From Candidatus Latescibacterota bacterium (GTDB taxonomy: Bacteria; Latescibacterota; UBA2968): a stretch of DNA of 64,000 nt. Each line of letters starts with the position of its first letter. Within the stretch, counting starts at the first letter, position 1. The stretch spans positions 2,752,001 to 2,816,000 of the forward strand of contig OZ242311.1 of assembly GCA_965207885.1 (NCBI GenBank), in the 5' to 3' direction. Made by a program: the position numbers and the translations under genes. Of this stretch, positions 1 through 9,615 are shown one piece after another. Below the pieces are notes generated by a model. It had not been told where the DNA came from and searched no databases. It saw only the letters and a list, made by a program, of their open reading frames with translations.

Positions 1-1548
1 GGGATCACCAAGTCGTTTTGCGAGTTCTTCCTTTGCTTCGTCACCCAGGCGCGCCAGGTCTGCTGTTTCCAGAATACGCTCGTAATTATCACAGTGCGCC
101 CCGACGGCATGACTCACACCATTGAACTGCTCAGCTCGCGCAGCAATCTCCGGTTCATCGATCAAGCCCAAATCACGCGTCTCAATCATCCAGCCAAACA
201 GCTTCTGCCGCAACTCATCCTTCACATTGCTGTAAGCAGGATCATCTGCCAGGTTATTTATCTCTTCGGGATCGTTCTCGATGTCATACAATTCTTCAGC
301 CGGTTTGTGATCCTGCCAGATCTGGAACTGCTGGTAATGCTCAGGTAGTCCGTCCTGTTTGATCATGACCGGCGGGCCGAGCATCAGAAATACGCCGTCG
401 GGGTCGTGGACCTTTTGTTTGCCCGGTAGGCAAGAGGTCTCCCAGAAGGCGCGTTCCGGAGTTCCTTCCTCCGGGACCTTCGCAAAGAATCCGCCGTCTG
501 GATAGAACGAAGCGTATGGCTGGTGGGGGAGGAAGTTGCGGAAGTAACGGTATTTTTTTGTGCGGATTGTGCGGATTACTTCTGGGTTGTTGTCCAGCCG
601 ATCCCTGGCACTGCAGACGAATTCTCTCGGTTCATCTCTGTTGGGACCGCACAAATTTCGGCTCTGGATGTGTTCGGGTACAGGAACGCCTGATAGCTGC
701 AGGGTCGTCGCACACAGGTCCATGTGCAAGACGGGTTCATCAACCGCGGCGCCGGGTTCTGCCGGAGCCAGGTGCCGGTACTTCTCCGGGAATCGCATGA
801 TCAGCGGGATATTCAGTCCGTCGTCGTAGGCGTGGATTTTCCCCCGGGGATAACCCGTGCCATGGTCTCCCCAATAGACCACAATAGTGTCTTCACTGTG
901 CCCCTGCACTTCAAGCTCGTCCAAGATCTCTCCGACCTGTTTATCGACATTTGTAAGGGCGTCGTAGAAGAGCGCCATCCGTTCCCTGAACAGGGGCGTG
1001 TCGGGAACAAAGCTCGGAACCGGCACATCATTCGGGTCGTGCAACTCGTCGTCGCTCAAGAGCGAGGAACGCGCTTTCCGCGCATCCTCGGGCGTCAGTT
1101 TGAATACACTGGCGTGGGAACTGCCCAGTCTGTAATACATGAAGAACGGCTTGTCTTCAGGGCGATTCTCCCAGAAATCTTCAGCGTTGTAATACTGTTC
1201 ACGCTCCTCTTTGGAGACGTATAGATTGATGTCATTATCCGGCTGCGTACAGGCGTAACCGGCGTCCGTCAACATTGTGTTTAACAACTCAACTCCTGCG
1301 GGGCGGATGATCGCGCTGCGGTGATGATGTGTGCCCAGCGTGGTCGGATGCATGCCGGTATAGATGCCCGTGCGCGACGGTGAGCAGATTGGGCCAGCGG
1401 TGAACGCGTTGGTGTAGCGCACACCTTCTGCCGATAGGCGGTCAATATTTGGGGTATGTGCGTATTGATCTCCGTAGCAACCGTAGTTCCAGGCACTGGA
1501 ATCGTGGTTACTGATCCAGAGGAAATTGGGTCTGTCTTGTTTTGTCAT
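1..1548 (-). CDS. Cys-type sulfatase, probably with C-terminal HEAT-like extension; runs off the window edge
   Basis: Not in the ORF track because there is no stop in the window. Manual translation from ATG 1548: MTKQDRPNFLWISNHD...TPNIDRLSAEGVRYTNAF..PICSPSRTGIYTG (CxPxR motif); GGAG RBS upstream. Confidence 0.9.
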   Translation of the reverse strand, partial: MTKQDRPNFLWISNHDSSAWNYGCYGDQYAHTPNIDRLSAEGVRYTNAFTAGPICSPSRTGIYTGMHPTTLGTHHHRSAIIRPAGVELLNTMLTDAGYACTQPDNDINLYVSKEEREQYYNAEDFWENRPEDKPFFMYYRLGSSHASVFKLTPEDARKARSSLLSDDELHDPNDVPVPSFVPDTPLFRERMALFYDALTNVDKQVGEILDELEVQGHSEDTIVVYWGDHGTGYPRGKIHAYDDGLNIPLIMRFPEKYRHLAPAEPGAAVDEPVLHMDLCATTLQLSGVPVPEHIQSRNLCGPNRDEPREFVCSARDRLDNNPEVIRTIRTKKYRYFRNFLPHQPYASFYPDGGFFAKVPEEGTPERAFWETSCLPGKQKVHDPDGVFLMLGPPVMIKQDGLPEHYQQFQIWQDHKPAEELYDIENDPEEINNLADDPAYSNVKDELRQKLFGWMIETRDLGLIDEPEIAARAEQFNGVSHAVGAHCDNYERILETADLARLGDEAKEELAKRLGDP

Positions 1549-1642
1549 CTATCTGGTTCTCCCAAAAAAAGATTTTGTGATGATTGGATATCAATATGCA
1601 TCAGACGATAAAAATGCGAACTGCCAATCGCGTTGTAACCCC

Positions 1643-3070
1643 TCACCATTTCTGGTCTATAATCAGAAACCCTTTCGCTTTACACAGTTCACTGTCTTTC
1701 CACCCGTAAAAGAGGAGCATGCCATCTCTTACATTTCCTTTTGGATCTTTGATCGGTTGAATATTGTTAAATTTCCAACCGGCATATTCCGGGGCACGTG
1801 GCGTCAAATCTCTCACTCTTTGCCAGGTAAATCCACTATCGGTGGAGATCCACTCTTCAATATCTCCTCCACCTTTGGAGTCCATGTTGCCACGTTTTTC
1901 TTTTATAAATTTGTGATCACCTACCATCAGATAAGCATGCAGCGTGCCACTTTCATCCTGCCTGAGATAGCAACTGTTCCAATCATCAGTGGCAGGGGAG
2001 ATAACCGTCTGTATCCATTTATGGTTAATATACCTCACATAATAGTAATTGCACCTGTCGGGCACGTCTTCCGATAGCACATGCAAAAAGGCCGGATTGT
2101 CATTTTTATCTATGACAATATCAGGTGGAACGCCTGCGCCTCTCCAACCGGTATCCCAAATTTTGCATTTGTCATTTGCAGTGCCAATATCAATGGGCGT
2201 TCTGACTGTCTCGCCATCAAAATTCGCGACCTCATGCGTTTGAAGGTTGATTTTTACATAATAGAGATTGTATTTAAGCCCGAGATTCTTTTTGGTTCCA
2301 TAACGAGGATTGTAAAACTTTTCTGGGATATCCTTCTTATTGTCATCATAAGAATAAAATACGGCGTGCAAAAACTTTCCATCTTTACTCGGAAAGCAAG
2401 TGTGATAAGAAGACCACTCATTCAAGTCCATCGGATCATCTACTGTTGCTGTTTCTTCCCCCATGTTTAAATCTGTGACATCATTTTCAGGCCCTGACCA
2501 GGTCTTACCTTCATCGTCTGAAATTAAATATGACCACGAACTTCTGTGCTCTCCTGTTCGAAAATAAACCACTTGTCTATTATTGTATATGTGATAAACC
2601 GTAGGATAAGAAAGCGAGTTTCTTATTTCAGGGGCTGGAGACCAGTCTTCTACACCGTTTCCAATATCCGCTACCTTTTTGGATATTAAATGTGTTCCTG
2701 GCGTTTTGTGACAACCTGACAAAATATGTAAAAAGTCATCATTATCAGCCCAGATTATGGGGCAATAATGCTGGTCGTTTGAGCCTTTGGTCCCCAGCTG
2801 TAGGGGAGAAGAAAAGGACTTTGTCTCGGGGTTAAAAGAGATAACAAAAGGATATGTCTTTTCCCTGGTCTCAGCATCCATTGGTGCCCCGCCATTATAA
2901 ACGATATATACTTGATTGTTGATATAGATGGCTTGAGGGCGCTGCCTTCTGTCATAGATCATTTTTAATTGTCCCCCACTTCCAAAGGGAACAACAGAAA
3001 AAACCGTTTGTTTCTCAGTGTCCACAGCCTGACCTCCAAATGCAATCGGTGAAATAAGAAGGACTCTCAA
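1643..3070 (-). CDS. BNR-4 repeat beta-propeller protein (possible ulvan-lyase-like fold)
   Basis: HYCPIIWADNDDFLHILSGCH motif; Asp boxes SDDEGKTW and STDSGFTW; start codon uncertain. Confidence 0.75.
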   Translation of the reverse strand: MRVLLISPIAFGGQAVDTEKQTVFSVVPFGSGGQLKMIYDRRQRPQAIYINNQVYIVYNGGAPMDAETREKTYPFVISFNPETKSFSSPLQLGTKGSNDQHYCPIIWADNDDFLHILSGCHKTPGTHLISKKVADIGNGVEDWSPAPEIRNSLSYPTVYHIYNNRQVVYFRTGEHRSSWSYLISDDEGKTWSGPENDVTDLNMGEETATVDDPMDLNEWSSYHTCFPSKDGKFLHAVFYSYDDNKKDIPEKFYNPRYGTKKNLGLKYNLYYVKINLQTHEVANFDGETVRTPIDIGTANDKCKIWDTGWRGAGVPPDIVIDKNDNPAFLHVLSEDVPDRCNYYYVRYINHKWIQTVISPATDDWNSCYLRQDESGTLHAYLMVGDHKFIKEKRGNMDSKGGGDIEEWISTDSGFTWQRVRDLTPRAPEYAGWKFNNIQPIKDPKGNVRDGMLLFYGWKDSELCKAKGFLIIDQKW

Positions 3071-3089
3071 TTTTCAGGAGTGCCACCAT

Positions 3090-5759
3090 CTACTTCCTGG
3101 TTGGGGGGGCTTCAGGATCTACTGTAGCGCCTGTTACAAATAATAAGGCATCTTTGGAAAGCTTTTTGCCGCCCACGTACATACCCCATCGAAAGGTACT
3201 GCGACCACTGGGTCTTTCCCAGTCGTGGCGTCCTACAAACTCCCCATTGATGTAGCATTCAGATGTATGGCCGTTGTCGCGAATGCGGACATCAAAAGAC
3301 TTGCCTTCCATGTTCTTTAATACTGTCTTAGAAGTTGCTCTGCGCGGCTGGAATACGACGTCACCATCAGCGGTCATAACCAACATTATAGACCAGTCTT
3401 CACCGCTGTTTTTCACCTGAAAGATGCCACACCCCTGCGCTTTCACAATCGTGTAGGTGCCAATCCATTCATGCCAGGTACCGCGGTTCCACCTCTTTTT
3501 GCTAAACGCCTCAATCCGGGCCGCATTGGCACGTGCATTGCGCACATTGTGCTCGCCATCAAAAAGGCGAAACACCTGTGTGTTTCCGTCCTCTTGATAC
3601 CATCGCGACCATTTGTGAAAATCGCGTCGAGGAATCAAACTGTTGCCCGGTGTGTGAATATTGATTCCACTTTCTATGGGGCGTAATGCATGGGGTCCCT
3701 TTTCTACCACCTTGTTATTGACGTCAATTATTGAACCTGTTATTCCCGTAGAGGAGTTCGTACCGATCGGAATCTGGTTCTCTTCGAGAATGGACGACCA
3801 GGAAGGATCACTACCCTGCCTGGTGTAAAGGACCTGATCGGGGTCGTCTGTTGTAAAATCCAGGATCTTCTTTCGCGTCCCTTTGCTGATGGTGACAACC
3901 CCGCTGTTCCACTCAGCATTGAGAAAGGGGCTTTCAAAGACTTTCTTTGGCGCGTAGTCGATTGGCTTGCCATTGATTGAGGGTACGGCTTTGGCGCTGG
4001 TATCAAAGGTCAACTGATCACCATAGATGGTTTTGTAGCGCAGCACCGTCCCATCTATCTGAACTTCACAGGCTTTTACCTTTTTTTTGAAAGCGTCGAA
4101 ACTCGTGACATCGCTCCTGGCCATGACTTCAATGATCACCGGTGCGTATTCATCATTGGGGATCATGGTCGCGTTTTCGGGAACAAAGCGATCCGTTTCA
4201 AACTCGCCATCCATCCACTTGAAACCGCCTGTAGCCACGCGGATCGCCGCATAAGCACCTTTGGCCTCCACATAGACCACGCCATCCTCTTCCACTGGCG
4301 CGCTCAACCCGCTCTTCGACATCCAGATGATCATCTCGGCACCGTCCTTATGGTGCTTGAGCTTCTGGGTAATCAAGCTGCCTTTGCTCTGCACGGACCA
4401 CTGTGCATTCATGGCCACCCGGTTGTCTTTGGGGCGAACGATGGGAACAATACGCGCATCGTGTTCGCCGGCAAAGATCACGCCTTGCCAGCGGTTTTGC
4501 GCACTGATCGCAGCCCAATCCTTCAGAGGCCTCGCTTCCGTCATCGGCGTTCCCATGATGAAGGCAGGATCACAGTAGCTGTAGCGCAGAATACCCCCTC
4601 CATCGGTTCGCATCCTGGTCGGCACTTGTGTATCAGCAGTCTTCAAAGGGCGACCCGTTTTTCCCAGACCCTGGGGACGCTGCCGCACCTCGTAGCGTCC
4701 TCGTCCTGCCACGTCGATTGCGATATCGGCTACCACGGCTGGTGGACGGTAGTCGCTGAGAGCCGCGTTCACATCATGACCATAAACAGCAGGCTGCTTG
4801 CCGATGCCAAAGTAGAACCAGGCCAGCGGCGCATTGCCATGATCCCGATTTTGCTTAAGCCCTTTCCAGAAATAGATGCGCGACCGCCCACCACCTTGAA
4901 CGCCGTCAATCTGTTCCTGCGCCCAATAGGCAAAATAAAGATCGAGCAACAGCCCGGCTGACCGTCTCACCTGCGGGTCACCAAAGTCGTAGAAATTGTA
5001 GAACCCCTTGATCAATGTGCTGTTATAGTCGTCGCACATCATCTCGATGCACAGGCTTTTGCGCGCACGTTCACGACAGTAAACCACAAAATACGCATTC
5101 CAGGCCCGATAGTGTTCTGCCGCCGTAGCGCCGTCATCATACTTGAGATTCTTGTATTCGGGCCGATCTTTCGCGATTTTGGCAAATTGCCAGCAGACTG
5201 TAAAACTCATGGCATGATGATTCTCTGACAGGTAGATGTGCCAGGTCTTAGATTTTTCGTATTCCGCCTTATCGAGCCTGGAAACCTTCCTGACGTATTC
5301 CCATATCGGCTTGAGAGCGAGGGCTTCGGTCTTTTTGGTGATGCGATTACTACCGTTGGTGCCGTACATCTCAATCAGCCGCATGACGATCTCCGCATGC
5401 CAGTGAAAGCTGTCACGGTCATTGATGTCCAGGGGGTTGTCGAGATAATGCTGGGCATTTTCGGCAAGTGCGGCATTGGCTTCTTCCAGCATCTCGTTCA
5501 GATAGAGGCAGCGTGCGGCAAACCCCACCATGGAATAGGAATAGGCCCGCACATAATTTCCTCGCCCTGGATCGAGTGGCTTCTGTTTTTTTGCCCGCAC
5601 CAACGGCTTGCCAGATTCAGCGCGAAACATCGCATCCACTCGTTGTTCAAAGCCAGCTACGACCGCTTCGGGGGTAAAATTCTTCTTCACTGATTCCGCT
5701 CCTTGTGTCTGCCCAGTTATAAGTATAACGACCAGCATTATACGGTTGATGATTCGCAT
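3090..5759 (-). CDS. Secreted multidomain putative polysaccharide lyase: heparinase II/III-like N-terminal region plus C-terminal PL7/PL28-like jelly roll
   Basis: Signal peptide MRIINRIMLVVILITGQTQGA from ATG 5759; paralogous to 7467..9566; tail motifs ARIEAF, IFQVK, FRWGMY. Confidence 0.6.
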   Translation of the reverse strand: MRIINRIMLVVILITGQTQGAESVKKNFTPEAVVAGFEQRVDAMFRAESGKPLVRAKKQKPLDPGRGNYVRAYSYSMVGFAARCLYLNEMLEEANAALAENAQHYLDNPLDINDRDSFHWHAEIVMRLIEMYGTNGSNRITKKTEALALKPIWEYVRKVSRLDKAEYEKSKTWHIYLSENHHAMSFTVCWQFAKIAKDRPEYKNLKYDDGATAAEHYRAWNAYFVVYCRERARKSLCIEMMCDDYNSTLIKGFYNFYDFGDPQVRRSAGLLLDLYFAYWAQEQIDGVQGGGRSRIYFWKGLKQNRDHGNAPLAWFYFGIGKQPAVYGHDVNAALSDYRPPAVVADIAIDVAGRGRYEVRQRPQGLGKTGRPLKTADTQVPTRMRTDGGGILRYSYCDPAFIMGTPMTEARPLKDWAAISAQNRWQGVIFAGEHDARIVPIVRPKDNRVAMNAQWSVQSKGSLITQKLKHHKDGAEMIIWMSKSGLSAPVEEDGVVYVEAKGAYAAIRVATGGFKWMDGEFETDRFVPENATMIPNDEYAPVIIEVMARSDVTSFDAFKKKVKACEVQIDGTVLRYKTIYGDQLTFDTSAKAVPSINGKPIDYAPKKVFESPFLNAEWNSGVVTISKGTRKKILDFTTDDPDQVLYTRQGSDPSWSSILEENQIPIGTNSSTGITGSIIDVNNKVVEKGPHALRPIESGINIHTPGNSLIPRRDFHKWSRWYQEDGNTQVFRLFDGEHNVRNARANAARIEAFSKKRWNRGTWHEWIGTYTIVKAQGCGIFQVKNSGEDWSIMLVMTADGDVVFQPRRATSKTVLKNMEGKSFDVRIRDNGHTSECYINGEFVGRHDWERPSGRSTFRWGMYVGGKKLSKDALLFVTGATVDPEAPPTRK

Positions 5760-5900
5760 TGTGACTACTCCCAACGCTAAAGCAGTAGGGCTTCTTGGCG
5801 GTCAATCCGCCTGACGTTGTAGCCCCAACGTCAATATGTTTATCGCAGCATTGTGGTCTCTGTCCGTCTTATAGCCACACGCCTTGCAATGATGCACACG
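5741..5900 (-). ncRNA. Predicted TnpB omegaRNA (reRNA); guide about AATGCGAATCATCAACCGTA (5760-5741); 5' boundary is a guess
   Basis: Inferred from known TnpB biology: the scaffold overlaps the tnpB 3' end and right end, and the guide is the flank after TCAC. Confidence 0.6.
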
Positions 5901-6926
5901 CTGAGAAAGTGGTTTTTTCTCTCTATGTCCACATGCTGAGCAATCTTGTGACGTGTGCTTAGGATCAACGGCTTTGAATCCAATACCAGCTTCTTCCGCT
6001 TTGTATTCGAGACAGTGCCGAAACAGTGACCACGCTACGTCTGCTATTGATTTAGCCAATCGTCTGTTCTTTTGCATCTCTTTAACGTCCAATTTCTCGA
6101 CGGCTATGAATCCGTGACGATTGACCATTTTTCTTGATTCTTGATGAGCAAAGTTATGTCGTTTATTACGGATGCGCTCATGCACTTTGGCAATGACTTT
6201 ACGACGCTTTTCTCTTGTGGGGTCGGTCTTGGGTCTTTTTTTCACCGCGTCCCATTTGCGCTGTGCTCTGGCAAGAGACTTTTCCTCTTTGCGAAAGAAT
6301 CTCTGATTCTCTATTTTCTGTCCGTCACTGGTCACAGCAAAGGAATTGAGACCCACGTCAATGCCAACAGCAGGGCCTGTGTCTGCTCTTTCAGGCGTAT
6401 CGCCAATATCACAAGAGATAGAGACAGACCACTTGCCTGTTGCTGTGCGCGTGATTGTGCAGGATTTAGGCACATCTTCAAGCGGTCTATGTTGGACAAT
6501 GCGAATACAACCTATTTTGCTCAATCGCAAGCCCTTGTCGTCTAATCGACATCCATTGGCAAACTGAGGATACGTGATAGAATCATAGCGATGCTCATTC
6601 TTGTATCTGGGAAATCCAGCTTTCTCGCCTGTCTTTGACTTCTGTTTGAGACGCCGAAAGAATCCTTTGAATGCCCAATCTACTCTCTGGCACACTTGCT
6701 GGAGGACTTGAGAGTGCACAAGAGAAAAAGGCTTGTATTGATTTTTAAGCATGGGCAAAGTCTTATTTTGCTCATATCGGGACAAACTTTGTTTGTTGTT
6801 CTTCCATGCTTGTATTCTGGCACAGAGGAGTTGATTGTATAAAATGCGACATTCGTCTATTTGTGCCAGCAAGACTTTCTCTTGCTTGTTGGTGGGTCGC
6901 AATCTATATTTGAATGACTTAACCAT
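5802..6926 (-). CDS. tnpB: RNA-guided endonuclease TnpB
   Basis: N-terminal FKYRLRPT HTH; RuvC motifs GIDVG, AVEKL and DRDHNAAINI all intact; Zn ribbon CSACG..CKACG. Confidence 0.97.
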   Translation of the reverse strand: MVKSFKYRLRPTNKQEKVLLAQIDECRILYNQLLCARIQAWKNNKQSLSRYEQNKTLPMLKNQYKPFSLVHSQVLQQVCQRVDWAFKGFFRRLKQKSKTGEKAGFPRYKNEHRYDSITYPQFANGCRLDDKGLRLSKIGCIRIVQHRPLEDVPKSCTITRTATGKWSVSISCDIGDTPERADTGPAVGIDVGLNSFAVTSDGQKIENQRFFRKEEKSLARAQRKWDAVKKRPKTDPTREKRRKVIAKVHERIRNKRHNFAHQESRKMVNRHGFIAVEKLDVKEMQKNRRLAKSIADVAWSLFRHCLEYKAEEAGIGFKAVDPKHTSQDCSACGHREKKPLSQRVHHCKACGYKTDRDHNAAINILTLGLQRQAD

Positions 6927-6932
6927 AATAAA

Positions 6933-6961
6933 AATATATATTTATGTGTTGTTTGTGTCAA
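6933..6961 (-). promoter_or_regulatory. Sigma70-type promoter of tnpB, probably leaderless
   Basis: TTGACA-17 nt-TATATT-6 nt-ATG, no SD. Confidence 0.7.
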
Positions 6962-7117
6962 GTTAGATATAGAGCAATCTTGTTGATGCACCGCCCACAA
7001 TCCCTTGAGGATTGTGCCGCCATGCTAAAACACCACACCATAAAATCGTAAGCCCTTCGCCATGCGCCCCAAGCCTGAAGGACTTGGGTTTTACGGGCTT
7101 TGCAGATAAACACTCTG

Positions 7118-7432
7118 CTAATCCTGGTGAAAAACTTCCCTCAGCGGTATGCAGATCGGCGAGTTGTCGGGGTTGGTGTCCATGATATCGGCCATGTAGG
7201 CCCACCATTGCTTGACGATTGCGGTCTCCGGCAACTCATCTGCAGTATTGTCGTCGGCCAGCTTCTGCACGGCGAAGAGTGTCAGCGTCTGTTCATCGAG
7301 AAAAATTGAATAGTCCGAGACGCCAGCTTTGCTCAATTCTTCAGCCAACTCCGGCCAAATTTCGTCGTGGCGCTTTTTGTACTCGGCTTCATAACCGGGC
7401 TTTAGCTGCATCTTGAAAGCATTGCGGTGCAT
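7118..7432 (-). CDS. rhaM: L-rhamnose mutarotase
   Basis: AFKMQLKPGYEAEYKKRHDEIWPEL..YSIFLD..WWAYMADIM; AGGAG RBS before ATG 7432. Confidence 0.95.
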   Translation of the reverse strand: MHRNAFKMQLKPGYEAEYKKRHDEIWPELAEELSKAGVSDYSIFLDEQTLTLFAVQKLADDNTADELPETAIVKQWWAYMADIMDTNPDNSPICIPLREVFHQD

Positions 7433-7466
7433 GATATTTTGCTCCTGACTTCGAGGATGAAGGGTG

Positions 7467-9566
7467 TTAGTATTCGTCCCTTGAATTGTTGTTAAAGTCG
7501 AGGTTGAGTTTGTAATCGCCTTTGCAAATTTCAATCTGGCCGCTATCATAATTGGATTGGATATAAGGGCTGTCGAAAACTTTTGGGTGCTCATAATCGA
7601 CATACTTTCCACCAACTGTAGGCACATCGCTTGTATTGGCCGCATTAAATACCATTTCTGCCATTTCAGGCGCGGCACTCTTGTAAACAACAACAATGCC
7701 TGTTTCTCTTGTTACCACGGTTCTATAGAGTGTGAGTTCGCCCTGCAAAATCATACGCTTAAAATTTTCCAATGTTGGGTGATCTGCCTTGCGACCTGCT
7801 TCTATCAGAACGGGACTGTATCTGTTGGTCAGTTGCAAAATCGTCTGATCGTTATTGAATCTATAGCTGTCGTTTCTAAGAACCACGTTGCCCCGGTATC
7901 TATCGGTCCCTTTTGCCCAGGCTTTGGCATCGGCCTCTGCTTCCAAAAGAATAACCCGTATTGCCACATAGACATTTCTCTTCTCTGCAAATATCCATCC
8001 ATCTGTTTCATCAATACGATCCCATCCGTTGCCTAAGAATAACCCGAATTCCCGATCATACCGATTGTCATTGGCTGGATACCAGTCTGGATTGGATTGT
8101 GCCCAACGTCTTCTTTGTTGGGTGATCAGCACTTGCTTCTGCTGGACGCTGTGATACACCAATTCCATATCGTAGATATTTTCACCTTCGCGTTCTCCTT
8201 CTGGCGTATCCAGTGCAATGGTTGCCAGACGGGTGTTGGGATCTTTGGTCACCAGACCTTGCCAGCGCCCGGCGGTTGATAGGTGGTTGTAAAGCGCATA
8301 AGGGTGATCCATCTGAGTACCCAGCACATAATCTGGCGTTACCCATGTGTATTTGACAAACCGCGATGGCGTATCTCCCATCACGGTGCGCTCCGTGCCC
8401 AATGGACGAGGGCTGGTAGGTTCTTCTTCTCCAATGCCCCGAGAGAGATATGCAAATGACCCGAGCCCTTTTCGATCCAGAGCCAATTCCCATACGATTC
8501 TTGGCCAGGCATAGTCGCTTAAGAGTTGTTGCGGATAGTTGAACGAAGTTTTGCCCTCACCACCCAGATAGAAAATGGCAAGATCCGACATAGAATCGTA
8601 TCCACCAGCAGTCTTGTGGTGGCGCGTTTTGGGACCACCTCGTAAACCTGCAATTTGTAGCTGTGCCCAATCGGCCCACATCAGATCTAAAAACATGCCA
8701 ATTTTCTTTTTAAGTCCCTCATCACCACAGAAATTGTAGAGCATAAGAATATAACTGATGGTGTACTTCATATAGGTAGGCGAACCATTTTCAAGAAAGA
8801 ACCCCCGCTTTGCACGCTCAGTGAAATAGTCATTGAGATAGGGCAACCAGGCATCGTAATGATCGGCTGCGTTATAAGATTTTCCGTCCGCCCAATTTGC
8901 GCGCCCACCACCGTGTCGATCATTGCTGCCCTGCCCACAATAGCTCGACTCGCCGTATCCGATGCCATCTCCATAACCGAGGTCGGGATAAATGCGGTCA
9001 ATATACTCGGGTTCATTGGCAAAAATACGCGCACTTAAAAGATTACAGGCTTTTGTATTCAGGTCGTGATTCTCACTACCCGCGATCCACCAGGTGCTCT
9101 TTTTTGCGACAGAAATATCATTCTTGTACCTGGTTCGCGCCCATAGTAAAGCCAGCAAAATTCGCTCTGTTTCAGGCGTGAGTCGATTTGGCATCTGTGT
9201 ACTTTTAGACCCAAACCAATTGTAGAATGTAATCAGCCTTGGATTGCGCCACAGGCTGTAGAGACTCTGCCCGGGTTGTATGCCTTTCTCCTCACATTCT
9301 GCGAGGTTTGCCAGTTCGGTTTGAAAATCTATTGTCAATTCTTTGTTGACTTCGTTTAGATTTTGGTTGAGCCACATCTGATCAAACATCTGACGGTCTT
9401 TGCCCGAAAAATCTGATTTTGCGCCTGCTTGAAAGGCTTGTTGAATGCGTTGGGGGCGCGTTTCCAATTCTTCTGCCATCAATTCGGTGATACGCTTGTC
9501 GATGGGTGAATCACCAAATTCCAGAAGGGATCGAAACCAACTATTTTTAGCATCTGCTTCGGGCAT
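7467..9566 (-). CDS. Uncharacterised heparinase II/III-like protein, no signal peptide
   Basis: Shares SENH, LDL..A.WAQ.Q..G..GG...R and RWQG blocks with 3090..5759; GGAGG RBS. Confidence 0.55.
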   Translation of the reverse strand: MPEADAKNSWFRSLLEFGDSPIDKRITELMAEELETRPQRIQQAFQAGAKSDFSGKDRQMFDQMWLNQNLNEVNKELTIDFQTELANLAECEEKGIQPGQSLYSLWRNPRLITFYNWFGSKSTQMPNRLTPETERILLALLWARTRYKNDISVAKKSTWWIAGSENHDLNTKACNLLSARIFANEPEYIDRIYPDLGYGDGIGYGESSYCGQGSNDRHGGGRANWADGKSYNAADHYDAWLPYLNDYFTERAKRGFFLENGSPTYMKYTISYILMLYNFCGDEGLKKKIGMFLDLMWADWAQLQIAGLRGGPKTRHHKTAGGYDSMSDLAIFYLGGEGKTSFNYPQQLLSDYAWPRIVWELALDRKGLGSFAYLSRGIGEEEPTSPRPLGTERTVMGDTPSRFVKYTWVTPDYVLGTQMDHPYALYNHLSTAGRWQGLVTKDPNTRLATIALDTPEGEREGENIYDMELVYHSVQQKQVLITQQRRRWAQSNPDWYPANDNRYDREFGLFLGNGWDRIDETDGWIFAEKRNVYVAIRVILLEAEADAKAWAKGTDRYRGNVVLRNDSYRFNNDQTILQLTNRYSPVLIEAGRKADHPTLENFKRMILQGELTLYRTVVTRETGIVVVYKSAAPEMAEMVFNAANTSDVPTVGGKYVDYEHPKVFDSPYIQSNYDSGQIEICKGDYKLNLDFNNNSRDEY

Positions 9567-9615
9567 ATTATTGCTTCACCTCCAATGGAGCCACAAGAAG
9601 GTATCTCATTTGCGC

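Larger units (their letters stand above)
5761..7105 (-). mobile_element. Non-autonomous tnpB-only IS200/IS605-family element (IS1341-like)
   Basis: Minus strand left end TTTAT|CTGCAAAGCCCGT-AAAA-CCCAAG..CTTGGG hairpin; right end GAAG-CCCTAC..GTTGGG hairpin-AGTAGTCAC|. The guide/cleavage pairs AAAA/TTAT and GAAG/TCAC fit the IS608 rule. Confidence 0.9.

Noticed and set aside
5802-6926. Nuclease-dead TnpB (TldR) or Cas12f with a CRISPR array
   Set aside because: All three RuvC acidic residues are present, IS ends are intact, and no repeat-spacer array or cas genes were seen
6963-7208. 81-aa ORF as TnpA
   Set aside because: It crosses the element boundary and lacks the HUH motif; faint echoes (YDFMVWC, VGGAS...YI in different frames) are at most an unprovable remnant
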